Virus record (IMG/VR): IMGVR_UViG_3300028025_000091
Location: 96,001-160,000 of that record
Length of the DNA stretch: 64,000 nt
From: a virus
Reading direction: 5' to 3' (one strand)
Shown: positions 36,552 through 46,501 of the stretch, piece by piece
How positions within the stretch are numbered: the stretch's first letter is position 1
How the letters are laid out: each line of letters begins with the position of its first letter
Position numbers and translations under genes: made by a program
Notes under the pieces: model-generated
Databases searched by the model: none
What the model saw: the letters and a program-made list of their open reading frames with translations, nothing else
What the model was told of the DNA's origin: nothing

Positions 36552-39281
36552 ATGTACCAATCTGTTTTTTATAACAGGTTACCAGGAGAAGATCAGTACC
36601 ATTACTATCTGAGGGACGATAAAAAAGGAATACACAAATTCCAATATTGGCCTACCCTATATAAGCTCGATGAAGATGGAGAATTCGAGACCCTATTCGG
36701 TGATCGATGTTCTCCATTTCAGGGCAAATATGATAGAAAAGATCCTACAATTTATGAAAAGGATATTGATCGTGAACTAGTAATCTTAAGAGATCTGTAT
36801 TACAAGACAGATGAAATGCCCTCATACCACAACACAGTTTATCTGGATATTGAGATTGAAATTCTAGGAGCACTTACACCACAAACCATTAGAGAAGCAA
36901 ACGCTGAGGTTACAGCTATTGCTTTAATCGATGTTTCCACTAAGGAAAAAATATGTTTTATCTTAGATAAAGCAGGTGCAATTGAAGACTTAAATCAAGA
37001 TGGTAAAGTAATTGTATCTTGTCCTGATGAAAATACTTTGTTACGTAAGTTTTTATTAAAGTGGGAACAAATGGACCCTACAATTGTTGCAGGATATAAC
37101 AGTGATTTCTTCGATATTCCCTATTTGTACTATAGAATACAAAAACGCTTAGGAGATGAAGTATATCGTTTATCCCCTATAGGTAAAATTACAGAAACAT
37201 TATCCCAACCAAATGACCCAATCAGAATTGGCTTAGTTAACAGTTTGGACTATATGTTGCTGTTAAAAAAATATATCGCCAAAGAAGAACCATCGTATAA
37301 GTTAGGTGATATTGGACTTAAATATGCTAAGCTAGGTAAGATTGAATACAATGGTAGTTTAGATACTTTATTTAGAGAAGATCCAATCAAGTTTATAGAC
37401 TATAACATTCGAGATGTTGAAATCATTGAGGTGTTAGAGGAAAAATTAAAGTTCATTGAATTGACCATTTTGATTTCCCATTTATGTCATACACCATATG
37501 AATCAATCTACTACAATACAGCATTGAATGAGGGAGCGATTTTAACGTATCTAAAACGCAAGAATATAATTGCACCCAATAAACCGACTACAACAAATCC
37601 ATCCATTAGAGAGCTTGAACTCGGTGATCACGTTATACATCAACGAGGTACTCCAACAATTGAAGGTACTGTATATAGCTTTGAGAAAGACAATATTGTT
37701 GTAAAAACAATGTCTGGAAAATATATGAACCGTTACCCTAAAACAATCCGTAAAAAAGATAGTTATGCAGGTGGTTATTTGCTTGACCCTATCCCTGGAC
37801 TATACTCAGATGTAAGTGACCTTGACTTTACCTCACTATACCCTTCAATTATCAAATCTTTGAATTTGGGTGTTGAAACATTGGTAGGTAGAATTATTAC
37901 AAAGAACAACTACGAACAGTACAATTCACTTGAGCAGTTAAAGAAACTTGACCCCGAAGAAAAACTACACATACAAAAGCTAGTCAAATCTACTTATGCT
38001 TTAAAAGATGCTACAATAGCAGCCGGTGCCTTAATCCGCCTAATCGAAGACAATAATTGGACCATTTCAGCCAGTGGAGCGTTCTATAGAACAGATCAAA
38101 AGAGTATTGCTTGTGAGGTACTAGAGGATTGGTTTGATAAGCGAGAGCACTATAGAGCGCTTAAGAAAACAGCAGGTAAATCAGAAGATTGGGTAAACTA
38201 CAAGCTATATGACTTGTACCAAATGGCATTCAAAATCCTCCAAAACGCATTATACGGTACGTATGCAATTAATTCATGGCGTTTTACCGATGGATTCAAA
38301 ATATGTTCTGCTGCCATTACAAATAGTGGACAACGTTTAACTAAAGAATCTATTGCATTTGTAAACGACTACATTTCAGAACAATTAGATATTGACCCTA
38401 GAACATTTGTAATCGCCTCTGATACCGATTCACTTTATATGGAGTTAACTGACTTATTAAAGCACAGAAATCCAGATTTGGAATACGATAACCGTGAAGA
38501 GAAAATTAAACGATTGCTTGTTTTAACCGAGGAACTACAACAGGTAGCAAACGATAATCTGAACAATATATCGCAGGATCTGTTCAATATGACCGAAGCA
38601 CACCACTTTGTGTTAAAACAAGAGGTAATCGCTGAAAAAGCGTATTGGTCTGGAAAACGCCGTTACGCAATGTATATTGTAAATAAAGAAGGTGTTGAAA
38701 TCGAGGAACTAGAGATGAAAGGATTAGACATTATGAAATCCAATTTCCCACCTCTATTTAGAAATTTTGGAGAAAACCTGATCAAAAATATCCTATTTGG
38801 TAAACCAAAAACCGAAATAGATAAAGACGTAATGGAATTCAAACAAATGGTAGGTGAAATCGAATGGATCAAGCTATTGAAACCAACTGGATTGAAGAAA
38901 ATGGGTGAATATATTGAGCGTAGACCTATGGCAGGCGAATTATTTACCAAACTGAAATTGAAATGTCCGGTAAACACTAAAGCAGCCATTAGATACAACG
39001 ATTTCTTGAGATACAAGAAACTCAATGTCAAATACCCTGAATTTACAATTGGAGACAAAATGTATATAGCCAATTTGAAACCAAATCCATACCAGATTGA
39101 TGCTATAGGATACAACGGTTACAATGACCCAGATGACATTACTGAATTGATCAATAAGTACATTGATAGAGATGGTTTATTTGATAGTGTAATGCGAAAC
39201 AAATTAGAAACAGTGTACAATGATATCGGTTGGGATTTCAATTTGAACCCATTTAAAGCAAAGTTCTTTACATTTAACTAG
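36552..39281 (+). CDS. Family B DNA polymerase (T4 gp43-like)
   Basis: Exo DIEIE, GYNSDFFD, YNIRDV; pol DLDFTSLYPS, KILQNALYG, ASDTDS, KRRY. Confidence 0.95.
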   Translation: MYQSVFYNRLPGEDQYHYYLRDDKKGIHKFQYWPTLYKLDEDGEFETLFGDRCSPFQGKYDRKDPTIYEKDIDRELVILRDLYYKTDEMPSYHNTVYLDIEIEILGALTPQTIREANAEVTAIALIDVSTKEKICFILDKAGAIEDLNQDGKVIVSCPDENTLLRKFLLKWEQMDPTIVAGYNSDFFDIPYLYYRIQKRLGDEVYRLSPIGKITETLSQPNDPIRIGLVNSLDYMLLLKKYIAKEEPSYKLGDIGLKYAKLGKIEYNGSLDTLFREDPIKFIDYNIRDVEIIEVLEEKLKFIELTILISHLCHTPYESIYYNTALNEGAILTYLKRKNIIAPNKPTTTNPSIRELELGDHVIHQRGTPTIEGTVYSFEKDNIVVKTMSGKYMNRYPKTIRKKDSYAGGYLLDPIPGLYSDVSDLDFTSLYPSIIKSLNLGVETLVGRIITKNNYEQYNSLEQLKKLDPEEKLHIQKLVKSTYALKDATIAAGALIRLIEDNNWTISASGAFYRTDQKSIACEVLEDWFDKREHYRALKKTAGKSEDWVNYKLYDLYQMAFKILQNALYGTYAINSWRFTDGFKICSAAITNSGQRLTKESIAFVNDYISEQLDIDPRTFVIASDTDSLYMELTDLLKHRNPDLEYDNREEKIKRLLVLTEELQQVANDNLNNISQDLFNMTEAHHFVLKQEVIAEKAYWSGKRRYAMYIVNKEGVEIEELEMKGLDIMKSNFPPLFRNFGENLIKNILFGKPKTEIDKDVMEFKQMVGEIEWIKLLKPTGLKKMGEYIERRPMAGELFTKLKLKCPVNTKAAIRYNDFLRYKKLNVKYPEFTIGDKMYIANLKPNPYQIDAIGYNGYNDPDDITELINKYIDRDGLFDSVMRNKLETVYNDIGWDFNLNPFKAKFFTFN

Positions 39282-39307
39282 GATACCTAAAAAATATTTC
39301 ATACATT
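39278..39307 (+). promoter_or_regulatory. Class-1 promoter
   Basis: CTAGG at 39278, TACATT at 39302. Confidence 0.6.
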
Positions 39308-39313
39308 CATAAT

Positions 39314-40048
39314 ATGGTAAATAAATTAGTACTTCAGTCAGTTATAAACAAATACTACTTGGGCGAAAACGAGTCCGTCAAGTGGAAAATTAAAGACAAA
39401 ACCCTTACAATTGACTTTATGTCAATTTCAAAAGAGGTAATAGGTAAAATCACTCACAACAATATTGATATTGAGGATAGTGAGTTAGCCATTTTCGATA
39501 CCAAAAAACTATTGAACCTATTAGGTATTACTCAAGGTGACTTAATGTTTGAGTTAGAGAAAGGCAGATCAGTCTATACCAAAATGAAATTTGCTGATGC
39601 CTCATTTAACTTAACTTATGCACTAGCTGATCCTTTACTAATTGGTAAAGTAGGTGCTGTAAGTGAACCGGAATGGGATGCTATACTTCCACTTGAAAAA
39701 GAAAATGTCGACAATCTAGTTAAAGCAAAATCTGCTTTAGCAGGAGTTGGTTTATTAACAGTATCTGTTGATAAAGATTTGAACGATGATGATATGTGTG
39801 TATTCACATTTGGAGATGAGCAAGGTCACAACAACAAGATCACTTACCAAATGTATGGCCTAATCAAACAACAAAAATGTGAAATCCCATTCAATTCAGA
39901 TATATTCAAAAACATATTTCAAGCAAACAAAGACCTTGAACGTGGTACCTTATATTTGAGCTACCAAGGTTTAATGAAACTTGAATTCAAATCCGAAGAC
40001 ACTACCAGCGAATACTATATGGTTCGTAAAGAAGAAAGTGCCTTCTAG
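39314..40048 (+). CDS. DNA sliding clamp (gp45/PCNA-like)
   Basis: 244 aa directly after polB; LAIFDTKKLL, YALADP, GLMKLEF..YYMV pattern. Confidence 0.7.
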   Translation: MVNKLVLQSVINKYYLGENESVKWKIKDKTLTIDFMSISKEVIGKITHNNIDIEDSELAIFDTKKLLNLLGITQGDLMFELEKGRSVYTKMKFADASFNLTYALADPLLIGKVGAVSEPEWDAILPLEKENVDNLVKAKSALAGVGLLTVSVDKDLNDDDMCVFTFGDEQGHNNKITYQMYGLIKQQKCEIPFNSDIFKNIFQANKDLERGTLYLSYQGLMKLEFKSEDTTSEYYMVRKEESAF

Positions 40049-40062
40049 TATGTATAACAGAA

Positions 40063-40092
40063 TTAGGAAATTCAAATAAGTTTTTGTATATT
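40063..40092 (+). promoter_or_regulatory. Class-1 promoter
   Basis: TTAGG at 40063, TATATT at 40087. Confidence 0.6.
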
Positions 40093-40116
40093 ACAGTTAT
40101 AAATTTAAATTTAGTT

Positions 40117-40473
40117 ATGGAAGAAACCAAAAGACGCGGTCGTCCCGCTAGAGACGAGAATGACACACAATCAAATTTATGTACAATTAAAGATCCATCA
40201 ATGGAGCCTTTTTATATTGTCAAAGATTCATCCAATTTTACCGTTGTAGAAAGATCAACATCCACAAGAGGATTTGCTGGTAAAGAAGCAACCGGTAAAG
40301 AAACAGAGAAAGTAATAGGTTATTACTCTTCATTCAAAAATGCGCTGAACCGCGTAGCCAAAGAAAAATTTTATGAAAACCAAGCCGAATACGATACCAT
40401 TCAAGATTATATCGGTACTTGGAATACAGTCAAAGAAGGAATGGAAACAATGTTAAACAAAGTAGAGTTATGA
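40117..40473 (+). CDS. Hypothetical protein with N-terminal KRRGRP AT-hook-like motif
   Basis: Likely start ATG 40117 after AGTT leader. Confidence 0.55.
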   Translation: MEETKRRGRPARDENDTQSNLCTIKDPSMEPFYIVKDSSNFTVVERSTSTRGFAGKEATGKETEKVIGYYSSFKNALNRVAKEKFYENQAEYDTIQDYIGTWNTVKEGMETMLNKVEL

Positions 40474-40775
40474 GTAAATTAGAAGCATTATTTGATGCGG
40501 TAATCGTTAAGCCGCTTGAATTAGAAGAAACCCAATTTGGTTCAATCTTCATTCCAGATGCAGGAAAAGACAGAAACGAACAAGGAGAAGTAGTAGCAGT
40601 AGGCCCAGGATCAGAGTACGGAGGTATTGGATTTATTCCAACCCAAGTAAAAGTAGGAGATATTGTAATTTTGCCTACAATGGGATTCTCAAGATTGCAA
40701 TTCCAAGGAGATGAATACTATATCGGAAAAGAAAGAGAAATTTTAGCTAAAGTAAATAAAAAAGAAAATGAGTAA
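40470..40775 (+). CDS. groES: Co-chaperonin GroES
   Basis: LFDAVIVKP, GSIFIPD, GEVVAVGPG, VKVGD, EREILA; likely start ATG 40470. Confidence 0.9.
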   Translation: MSKLEALFDAVIVKPLELEETQFGSIFIPDAGKDRNEQGEVVAVGPGSEYGGIGFIPTQVKVGDIVILPTMGFSRLQFQGDEYYIGKEREILAKVNKKENE

Positions 40776-42405
40776 GAGAATTGAATTTGGAGCAGAAGCT
40801 CGAAAAAAGTTAGTTAAAGGTATTGACACTATTGCAGATGCAGTAGTAGCAACTTTAGGTCCAAACGGACGCAATGTTGTATACATTGAAAATGGAGTAG
40901 TTGTTTCAACAAAAGATGGTGTATCTGTAGCAAAACAGATTGTTTCATTGGAAGATCCAATTGAGGATTTAGGTGCTCAAATGGTAAAACAAGCAGCTAT
41001 CAAAACAGCTGACCATGCTGGAGATGGTACAACAACATCTACTTTGTTGGCACGCGAGTTAGTTAAAGGCGGTTTAACTAAATTAAACGAAGGAGCAAAT
41101 GCAGTTGAGATCAAACGTGGGATTGATGCAGGTGTAAAAGAAGTATTAGCTACACTTAAATCAAATTCAGAAAAAATTTCATCTGAAGAACAGTTAGAAC
41201 AAATTGCTACCATTTCAGCAAACAATGATCCTGAAGTAGGTAAATTGATCTCTCGTGCTATGGAAAAAGTAGGACGTGAAGGTGTAGTTTACATTGAAGA
41301 GTCTAAAACAGACGAAACATATTTGGAAGTTGTAGAAGGTATTCAATTTGAACGTGGTTACAAATCTCCATATTTTGTTACTAACAATAGTACAATGACA
41401 GCAGTTCTAAACGATTGTTATATCTTGTTAGCAGACCACCGTTTCAACCCAGTTAAAGAATTGGTTCACATTTTGGAAGGTGTAGCTCAAAGCGGAAAAT
41501 CATTATTGATCATCGCAGAAGATATCGATGGTGAAGCATTAGCAGCACTTATTGTAAACAAAATGCGTGGTACACTTAAAGTAGCTGCAGTTAAAGCACC
41601 TGACTTTGGTGAGCGTCGTAAATTGATCCTTGAAGATATTGCTATCTTAACTGGTGGTAAAGTATTTGACAAGGAAAAAGGAATGAAATTGGATAAATTT
41701 GATTTCGCTTGGTTAGGTAAAGCTCAAACAGTAACAGTTACTAAAGAAAAAACTACAATCGTAGATGGTGGTGGTGAAGAAGAAGCAATTACTTCAAGAG
41801 CAGAAGAACTTACAGCACAAATCGAAAAAGCTGCTACACCATTTGAAGCAGAAAAATTACAAGAACGTTTATCTAAATTTGTAGGTGGTGTTGCTTTGGT
41901 TCACGTAGGTGGAAGTACTGAAACCGAAATGAAAGAGAAAAAAGATCGTGTAGACGATGCTTTACACGCTACACAATGTGCCCTAGAAGATGGTATTGTA
42001 CCAGGTGGAGGCTCAGCTCTATTATATGCACGTGAAGGTATCACTTATTCAAAATCTGAATCAGATGATTTCAAATACGGTAAAAAATTAGTTTACAGAG
42101 CATGTGGTAAACCGTTTGAAACAATTTTACACAATGCAGGTTACGATGAGCGTGATATGTACCCAATCAACATGCAAATTGGTAAAGCCAAAGGTGTATG
42201 GAGCGGTTACAACATCAAAACCGAAACTATCGTTGACATGAAAGAAGCAGGTATTATCGATCCACATAAAGTGACTAAAAATGCACTTATGAACGCAGCT
42301 TCAATTGCCGGAACAATCCTATTAACAGAATGTACAATCGTTGATACTCCAGAAGATAAAAAAGAAGGTGGATTTGATCCTTCTATGATGGCTGGAATGA
42401 TGTAA
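40768..42405 (+). CDS. groEL: Chaperonin GroEL
   Basis: TLGPNGRNV, TKDGVSVAK, GDGTTTST, KAPDFGERRK, GIVPGGG, MMAGMM tail. Confidence 0.97.
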   Translation: MSKRIEFGAEARKKLVKGIDTIADAVVATLGPNGRNVVYIENGVVVSTKDGVSVAKQIVSLEDPIEDLGAQMVKQAAIKTADHAGDGTTTSTLLARELVKGGLTKLNEGANAVEIKRGIDAGVKEVLATLKSNSEKISSEEQLEQIATISANNDPEVGKLISRAMEKVGREGVVYIEESKTDETYLEVVEGIQFERGYKSPYFVTNNSTMTAVLNDCYILLADHRFNPVKELVHILEGVAQSGKSLLIIAEDIDGEALAALIVNKMRGTLKVAAVKAPDFGERRKLILEDIAILTGGKVFDKEKGMKLDKFDFAWLGKAQTVTVTKEKTTIVDGGGEEEAITSRAEELTAQIEKAATPFEAEKLQERLSKFVGGVALVHVGGSTETEMKEKKDRVDDALHATQCALEDGIVPGGGSALLYAREGITYSKSESDDFKYGKKLVYRACGKPFETILHNAGYDERDMYPINMQIGKAKGVWSGYNIKTETIVDMKEAGIIDPHKVTKNALMNAASIAGTILLTECTIVDTPEDKKEGGFDPSMMAGMM

Positions 42406-42406
42406 T

Positions 42407-42655
42407 ATGGAACAAGTAGAATACAATGAATTAATCGCTGAACGAGTACCACCTGGAGACAAGTGGTTACTCGTTGGCGATTCTACTAAAACAATATACA
42501 ATTCACTTACAGAAGTTTTAGAGGCATGGTTTGAAAAAAACCAAGAGAAAGCGGAGTTCCGTTTAGCTCCTTTGGATAGTAAAGTATATGTTATTCGAAC
42601 TGAAAGTAAAACACCTGAACCACCTAAGCGATACAACATTTACGGGGATTATTAA
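42407..42655 (+). CDS. Hypothetical protein
   Basis: 82 aa, IAERVPPGDKW. Confidence 0.6.
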   Translation: MEQVEYNELIAERVPPGDKWLLVGDSTKTIYNSLTEVLEAWFEKNQEKAEFRLAPLDSKVYVIRTESKTPEPPKRYNIYGDY

Positions 42656-42664
42656 TATGTATAA
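42654..42664 (+). promoter_or_regulatory. Class-2 (putative late) promoter motif
   Basis: AATATGTATAA upstream of 42667. Confidence 0.5.
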
Positions 42665-42666
42665 TT

Positions 42667-44091
42667 ATGAAATTAACAGATATACTACACGAAATTGGAG
42701 AAGCATCATCCACTCCATATAACTACAAGTATTCTGGGGATCTTTATGAGGCATATTTTACTACAGATAAAGGTACTCCGTATAAAGTTAACTTTGGTAT
42801 TGATGAGTATGATGAAATGGAAATTTCTTTTGGTACTGTAGATGAAAGGGATAATATAAATTATGAAATTGATACCAATGAAGGGAATCCATTTCGAGTT
42901 ATGAGTACTATTATGAAAATAATAAATCAAGCAGTTACTCAATTTAAACCTTCAATAATTTCTTTTGGAGCTACTAAGTCAGATCCTCGAAGAATGAACA
43001 TGTATAGAAAATATGTAATTAATAATATAAAAGGATATTCTATTGCCCATGATAAAGATTCATTTTTGACTCTTCAACGTGATACTTTAAAGGAGAAATT
43101 GAAAAAAACATTTAAAATTACAGAAAAAGGAATGAAATTAACAGATATATTACGCGAAATTGAAGGTGATGAAGATGGGATGAAACAAATGAAGGTCAAT
43201 TACGACCTTGCTGTTCAACCAACGGATTTAAACGCGGCACTTGATGCTATGAATAATACCGCTAATTACGGTATTTACGCGCAGAATATGCGTGATCCTA
43301 AAGCTATTGTAAAAGCATTCGGACCTTCAATTCCTGCACAAAAAGCAGGAGCTGCTTGGAAAGATTGGGATTCTCGTTCAGACGATGAAAAAGCGTTCAA
43401 GTTAATTGACATAAAAAATAGAGTACCTGAAGCATGGGCTGCAACTGAAAAAGAAGCAGAAGCAGGCTTTGAAAAATGGCAAGCAGAAGGAAATGATGGC
43501 AGTTTAAACGACTATTTATTTACACTCCCAGGTAAATCACTTCCAAAAAGTTTTGTTGGTACATACGGAAAAAATTACTACCCAATGAAAACCCCAGACA
43601 ATTTGAAAAAATATGGTGGTAAATTGGAACAAGACATTCACTATGTAGTAAAAGATGGTAAAATCATCTTCCCATCAACACTTGAAAACCCATACAAAAC
43701 AAAACCATACTTGTCCAAAGTATTGAAAACAATCATGGACAATGCAGGAGTTGAATTCCAATTGGTAGATGTTGAACAAGATGGAGGTGAAGCACCAAAA
43801 ACAGTAGAAAAACCAAAAGCAGAAACAGTACCACCATTGTCTGTAACAGCTGATAGTTTAGATAAAATAGACAAAATTCGTAAAGCATTCCAAAAAGAAA
43901 TTGGAGACGTTCCAACAGCAAAATACGAAACAGAAGCAGTTGAAACAGAAGCTGGAAGACAATACAAACTAGTAGTAACCGGTATTTCAGCTGATCAACG
44001 TAAAAAACTTTTAGTAAGAAAATCTACGTTGAAAGAGGAAATGGATTTTGATTATGGAATGTATAGAATGAAAAAATTAGCAGGATTATAA
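42667..44091 (+). CDS. Putative internal head (poly)protein with duplicated MKLTDILxEI leader
   Basis: Leader at 42667 and in frame at 43132; C-terminal YRMKKLAGL. Confidence 0.55.
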   Translation: MKLTDILHEIGEASSTPYNYKYSGDLYEAYFTTDKGTPYKVNFGIDEYDEMEISFGTVDERDNINYEIDTNEGNPFRVMSTIMKIINQAVTQFKPSIISFGATKSDPRRMNMYRKYVINNIKGYSIAHDKDSFLTLQRDTLKEKLKKTFKITEKGMKLTDILREIEGDEDGMKQMKVNYDLAVQPTDLNAALDAMNNTANYGIYAQNMRDPKAIVKAFGPSIPAQKAGAAWKDWDSRSDDEKAFKLIDIKNRVPEAWAATEKEAEAGFEKWQAEGNDGSLNDYLFTLPGKSLPKSFVGTYGKNYYPMKTPDNLKKYGGKLEQDIHYVVKDGKIIFPSTLENPYKTKPYLSKVLKTIMDNAGVEFQLVDVEQDGGEAPKTVEKPKAETVPPLSVTADSLDKIDKIRKAFQKEIGDVPTAKYETEAVETEAGRQYKLVVTGISADQRKKLLVRKSTLKEEMDFDYGMYRMKKLAGL

Positions 44092-44441
44092 TGGATAATT
44101 TCGATTTAAAAAAATATTTAGCTGAAAACAAGCTAAATGAAGCTGTTGGGTATGTACTCTATAATACAGCAGGACAAATGATCTCTCAAGTTGGTTTATT
44201 TACCCAAGAACTTGCAGACGAGTTAGAAACAGAAGGCAGAGGAAATTTATCTCGTTTCTTTGACACCCCAGAAGAAAAAGCAGAATTGATTAAAATTTCA
44301 GAAGCATATCCTGCTTATCTAGCTAAAGTAAAAGCAATGATGGATGAATTGATGAATGATCCAATGTATCAAGTTGCAGTAGGTGATGCTGGAAGAGACA
44401 ATGCATTAGAAAAAGCTTATTATAGAGCAAAAAATATTTAA
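44091..44441 (+). CDS. Putative internal head protein
   Basis: MDNFDLKKYLAENKLNE leader with LxE sites. Confidence 0.5.
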   Translation: MDNFDLKKYLAENKLNEAVGYVLYNTAGQMISQVGLFTQELADELETEGRGNLSRFFDTPEEKAELIKISEAYPAYLAKVKAMMDELMNDPMYQVAVGDAGRDNALEKAYYRAKNI

Positions 44442-44442
44442 T

Positions 44443-44790
44443 ATGAAAAAGGAACAACTTAGACAACTCATCAAAGAGGAAATTAAGAACATCCTTCAAG
44501 AATCTATAAATATGAATGATGTGTATTTCATTTTGAAAACATATAAATTTAACCCCGAAATTATTGATGGTAATAGAATTACAGGAATCAAAGCTATTGA
44601 TTTTGGAACGTACGATGAAAAAACAGGTGAAGATGCAGGGCGTCTAAGGATTGACTCAAATGGCACAATGTATGGTCATGATCTATGGGGAACGGATATA
44701 AAAAAGGCTGAAGAAATTTTAGATGCTATTGATCATTATAGAAGAGATCAAAGAGATTTAGAAAATTCCAAAAGATCAAAAAATATTTAA
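44443..44790 (+). CDS. Putative internal head protein
   Basis: MKKEQLRQLIKEEIKNILQE leader. Confidence 0.5.
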   Translation: MKKEQLRQLIKEEIKNILQESINMNDVYFILKTYKFNPEIIDGNRITGIKAIDFGTYDEKTGEDAGRLRIDSNGTMYGHDLWGTDIKKAEEILDAIDHYRRDQRDLENSKRSKNI

Positions 44791-44797
44791 ATGAAGA

Positions 44798-44828
44798 GCT
44801 TGCCTAGTGCAAGCCTTTTTTGTATAAT
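44798..44828 (+). terminator. Terminator hairpin nested in a class-1 promoter
   Basis: GCTTGC-CTAGT-GCAAGC + T-run; CTTGC at 44799, TATAAT at 44823. Confidence 0.65.
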
Positions 44829-44834
44829 ACGGTT

Positions 44835-45743
44835 ATGAAAGAAAATACGTTATATGTAGAACGTTTTCGTCCTACCGAACTGCAATATTATGTTGGTAAC
44901 GAAAACATTAAAGAGACAATCCAAAAATACCTAGACCAAGGTGATATCCAAAACTTCATCTTCTATGGTCCTGCAGGTACAGGTAAAACTACCCTAGCAA
45001 AAATTATCGTTAAAAATCTAGACTGCGATTATCTTTATATAAACGCATCTGATGAAAATGGAATCGATACTATTCGAGAGAAAGTAAAAGGATTCGCTAG
45101 TGCTGCATCTTGGAAAGGTATTAAAGTAGTAATTCTAGATGAAGCAGATTTCATTACAATCCAGGGACAAGCCGCTTTACGAAATGTAATTGAAACATTC
45201 TCCCGCTCAACTCGATTTATCTTAACCTGTAACTTTGTAGAGCGAATTATTGACCCACTCCAATCACGTTGCCAGGTACTTAAAATTGTACCACCAACAA
45301 AAATGGATGTGTACAATCATTTAGTTTGGATATTGGAGGATCAATTATCTATTGAATACTATCCCGATGGTTTAAAAGCACTCATATTAAAATACTATCC
45401 TGATATGCGTAAGATGTTAAACGTTTTACAAATGTCTGTAAAAGATGGTATTGTTGAATTTGACGAAACCGTTTTGACCTCAAACAACTATGTCAAAGAT
45501 GTATTGAAAGAGCTAGCAGGTAAGAAAAATTGGATTGCCATTAGACAGATTATAGCAGATTCAAACGTTAAGGATTTTGAAGAACTATATCGCACCCTAT
45601 TCGAATACGCTCCCAAATACGCCCCAGGCAAGGAAGGATCAATCACAATCATATTAAACGAGCATTTGTATCAAGCAAATTTCCGAATTGATAAAGAAAT
45701 TAATGTAATGTCTGCAATTGCAAAAATTATAGAAGTGATATGA
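44835..45743 (+). CDS. Clamp loader AAA+ subunit (gp44/RFC-small-like)
   Basis: VERFRP, GPAGTGKTT, INASDE, ILDEAD, SRC, YPDMR; likely start ATG 44835. Confidence 0.92.
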   Translation: MKENTLYVERFRPTELQYYVGNENIKETIQKYLDQGDIQNFIFYGPAGTGKTTLAKIIVKNLDCDYLYINASDENGIDTIREKVKGFASAASWKGIKVVILDEADFITIQGQAALRNVIETFSRSTRFILTCNFVERIIDPLQSRCQVLKIVPPTKMDVYNHLVWILEDQLSIEYYPDGLKALILKYYPDMRKMLNVLQMSVKDGIVEFDETVLTSNNYVKDVLKELAGKKNWIAIRQIIADSNVKDFEELYRTLFEYAPKYAPGKEGSITIILNEHLYQANFRIDKEINVMSAIAKIIEVI

Positions 45744-45943
45744 AACACCTATTAAGATATACTCTTTCGTGGATATCTCAAAATTTGGCTGTACCTTTCT
45801 GGACAATCGGACATATCCACTTGATGACAACAATATATGCTGACATATATGAAATCATAATGTCGCTTGGATTAAACCTAATTGTAGCAGCTGGATTTAT
45901 AGCTGACTTTATAGATTATAGAAAAGAAAAAACAAATAAATAA
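45740..45943 (+). CDS. Small membrane protein
   Basis: Hydrophobic 67 aa; ends KEKTNK. Confidence 0.6.
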   Translation: MKHLLRYTLSWISQNLAVPFWTIGHIHLMTTIYADIYEIIMSLGLNLIVAAGFIADFIDYRKEKTNK

Positions 45944-45956
45944 AACAACAAGAACA

Positions 45957-46136
45957 ATGAATAAAATAGAAAGAGCAATCTATGATGTAAAACTACACAT
46001 AGCAAATAAACAAAGTCAATTTGAAATCTTAAAAGCACAACTTGTTACATTGGAAGCTGTGTTAAAAACTATGGAATTAATACGGGAAGATGATTCAATA
46101 CCACACGAAGTATATAAATCAGAAGCAGATTTATAA
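45957..46136 (+). CDS. Small coiled-coil-like hypothetical protein (59 aa, not in track; cassette)
   Basis: MNKIERAIYDVKLHIANKQSQFEILKAQL...SEADL starting at the ATG inside the junction repeat. Confidence 0.6.
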   Translation: MNKIERAIYDVKLHIANKQSQFEILKAQLVTLEAVLKTMELIREDDSIPHEVYKSEADL

Positions 46137-46156
46137 ACTATTAAACAACAAGAATA

Positions 46157-46501
46157 ATGAATAAAGAATTTGTGCCTTATGAGTTGGCTTTAAAACTCAA
46201 ACAACTTGGCTTTGATGAGCCTTGTATTGCAACACATGGATATTTAGAATTATACATAAATACTGATGATGGACATCTTAAAGCACCACTATTCCAACAA
46301 GTATTTAGATGGTTTAGGGATGTGCATGGACATAATGGAATTGTTGAGGGTTGCAAAAAGCATGGTTTTGAATGGTGTATATTTCCTGATATGGAACATT
46401 ACATAAAACCACCAAATAATTTTAACACCTACGAAGAAGCAGAACTTGCTTGTCTTGAGAAGCTAATTGAGATTGTAGAAACTAAAAAACAAGAACAATG
46501 A
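46157..46501 (+). CDS. Hypothetical phage protein (cassette)
   Basis: EFVPYELALKLKQLGFDEPC...APLFQQVFRWFR...TYEEAE; ends KKQEQ. Confidence 0.65.
   Translation: MNKEFVPYELALKLKQLGFDEPCIATHGYLELYINTDDGHLKAPLFQQVFRWFRDVHGHNGIVEGCKKHGFEWCIFPDMEHYIKPPNNFNTYEEAELACLEKLIEIVETKKQEQ

Noticed and set aside
36552-39281. Intein or intron in polB
   Set aside because: ORF is continuous and of normal length; insertion lacks intein terminal residues
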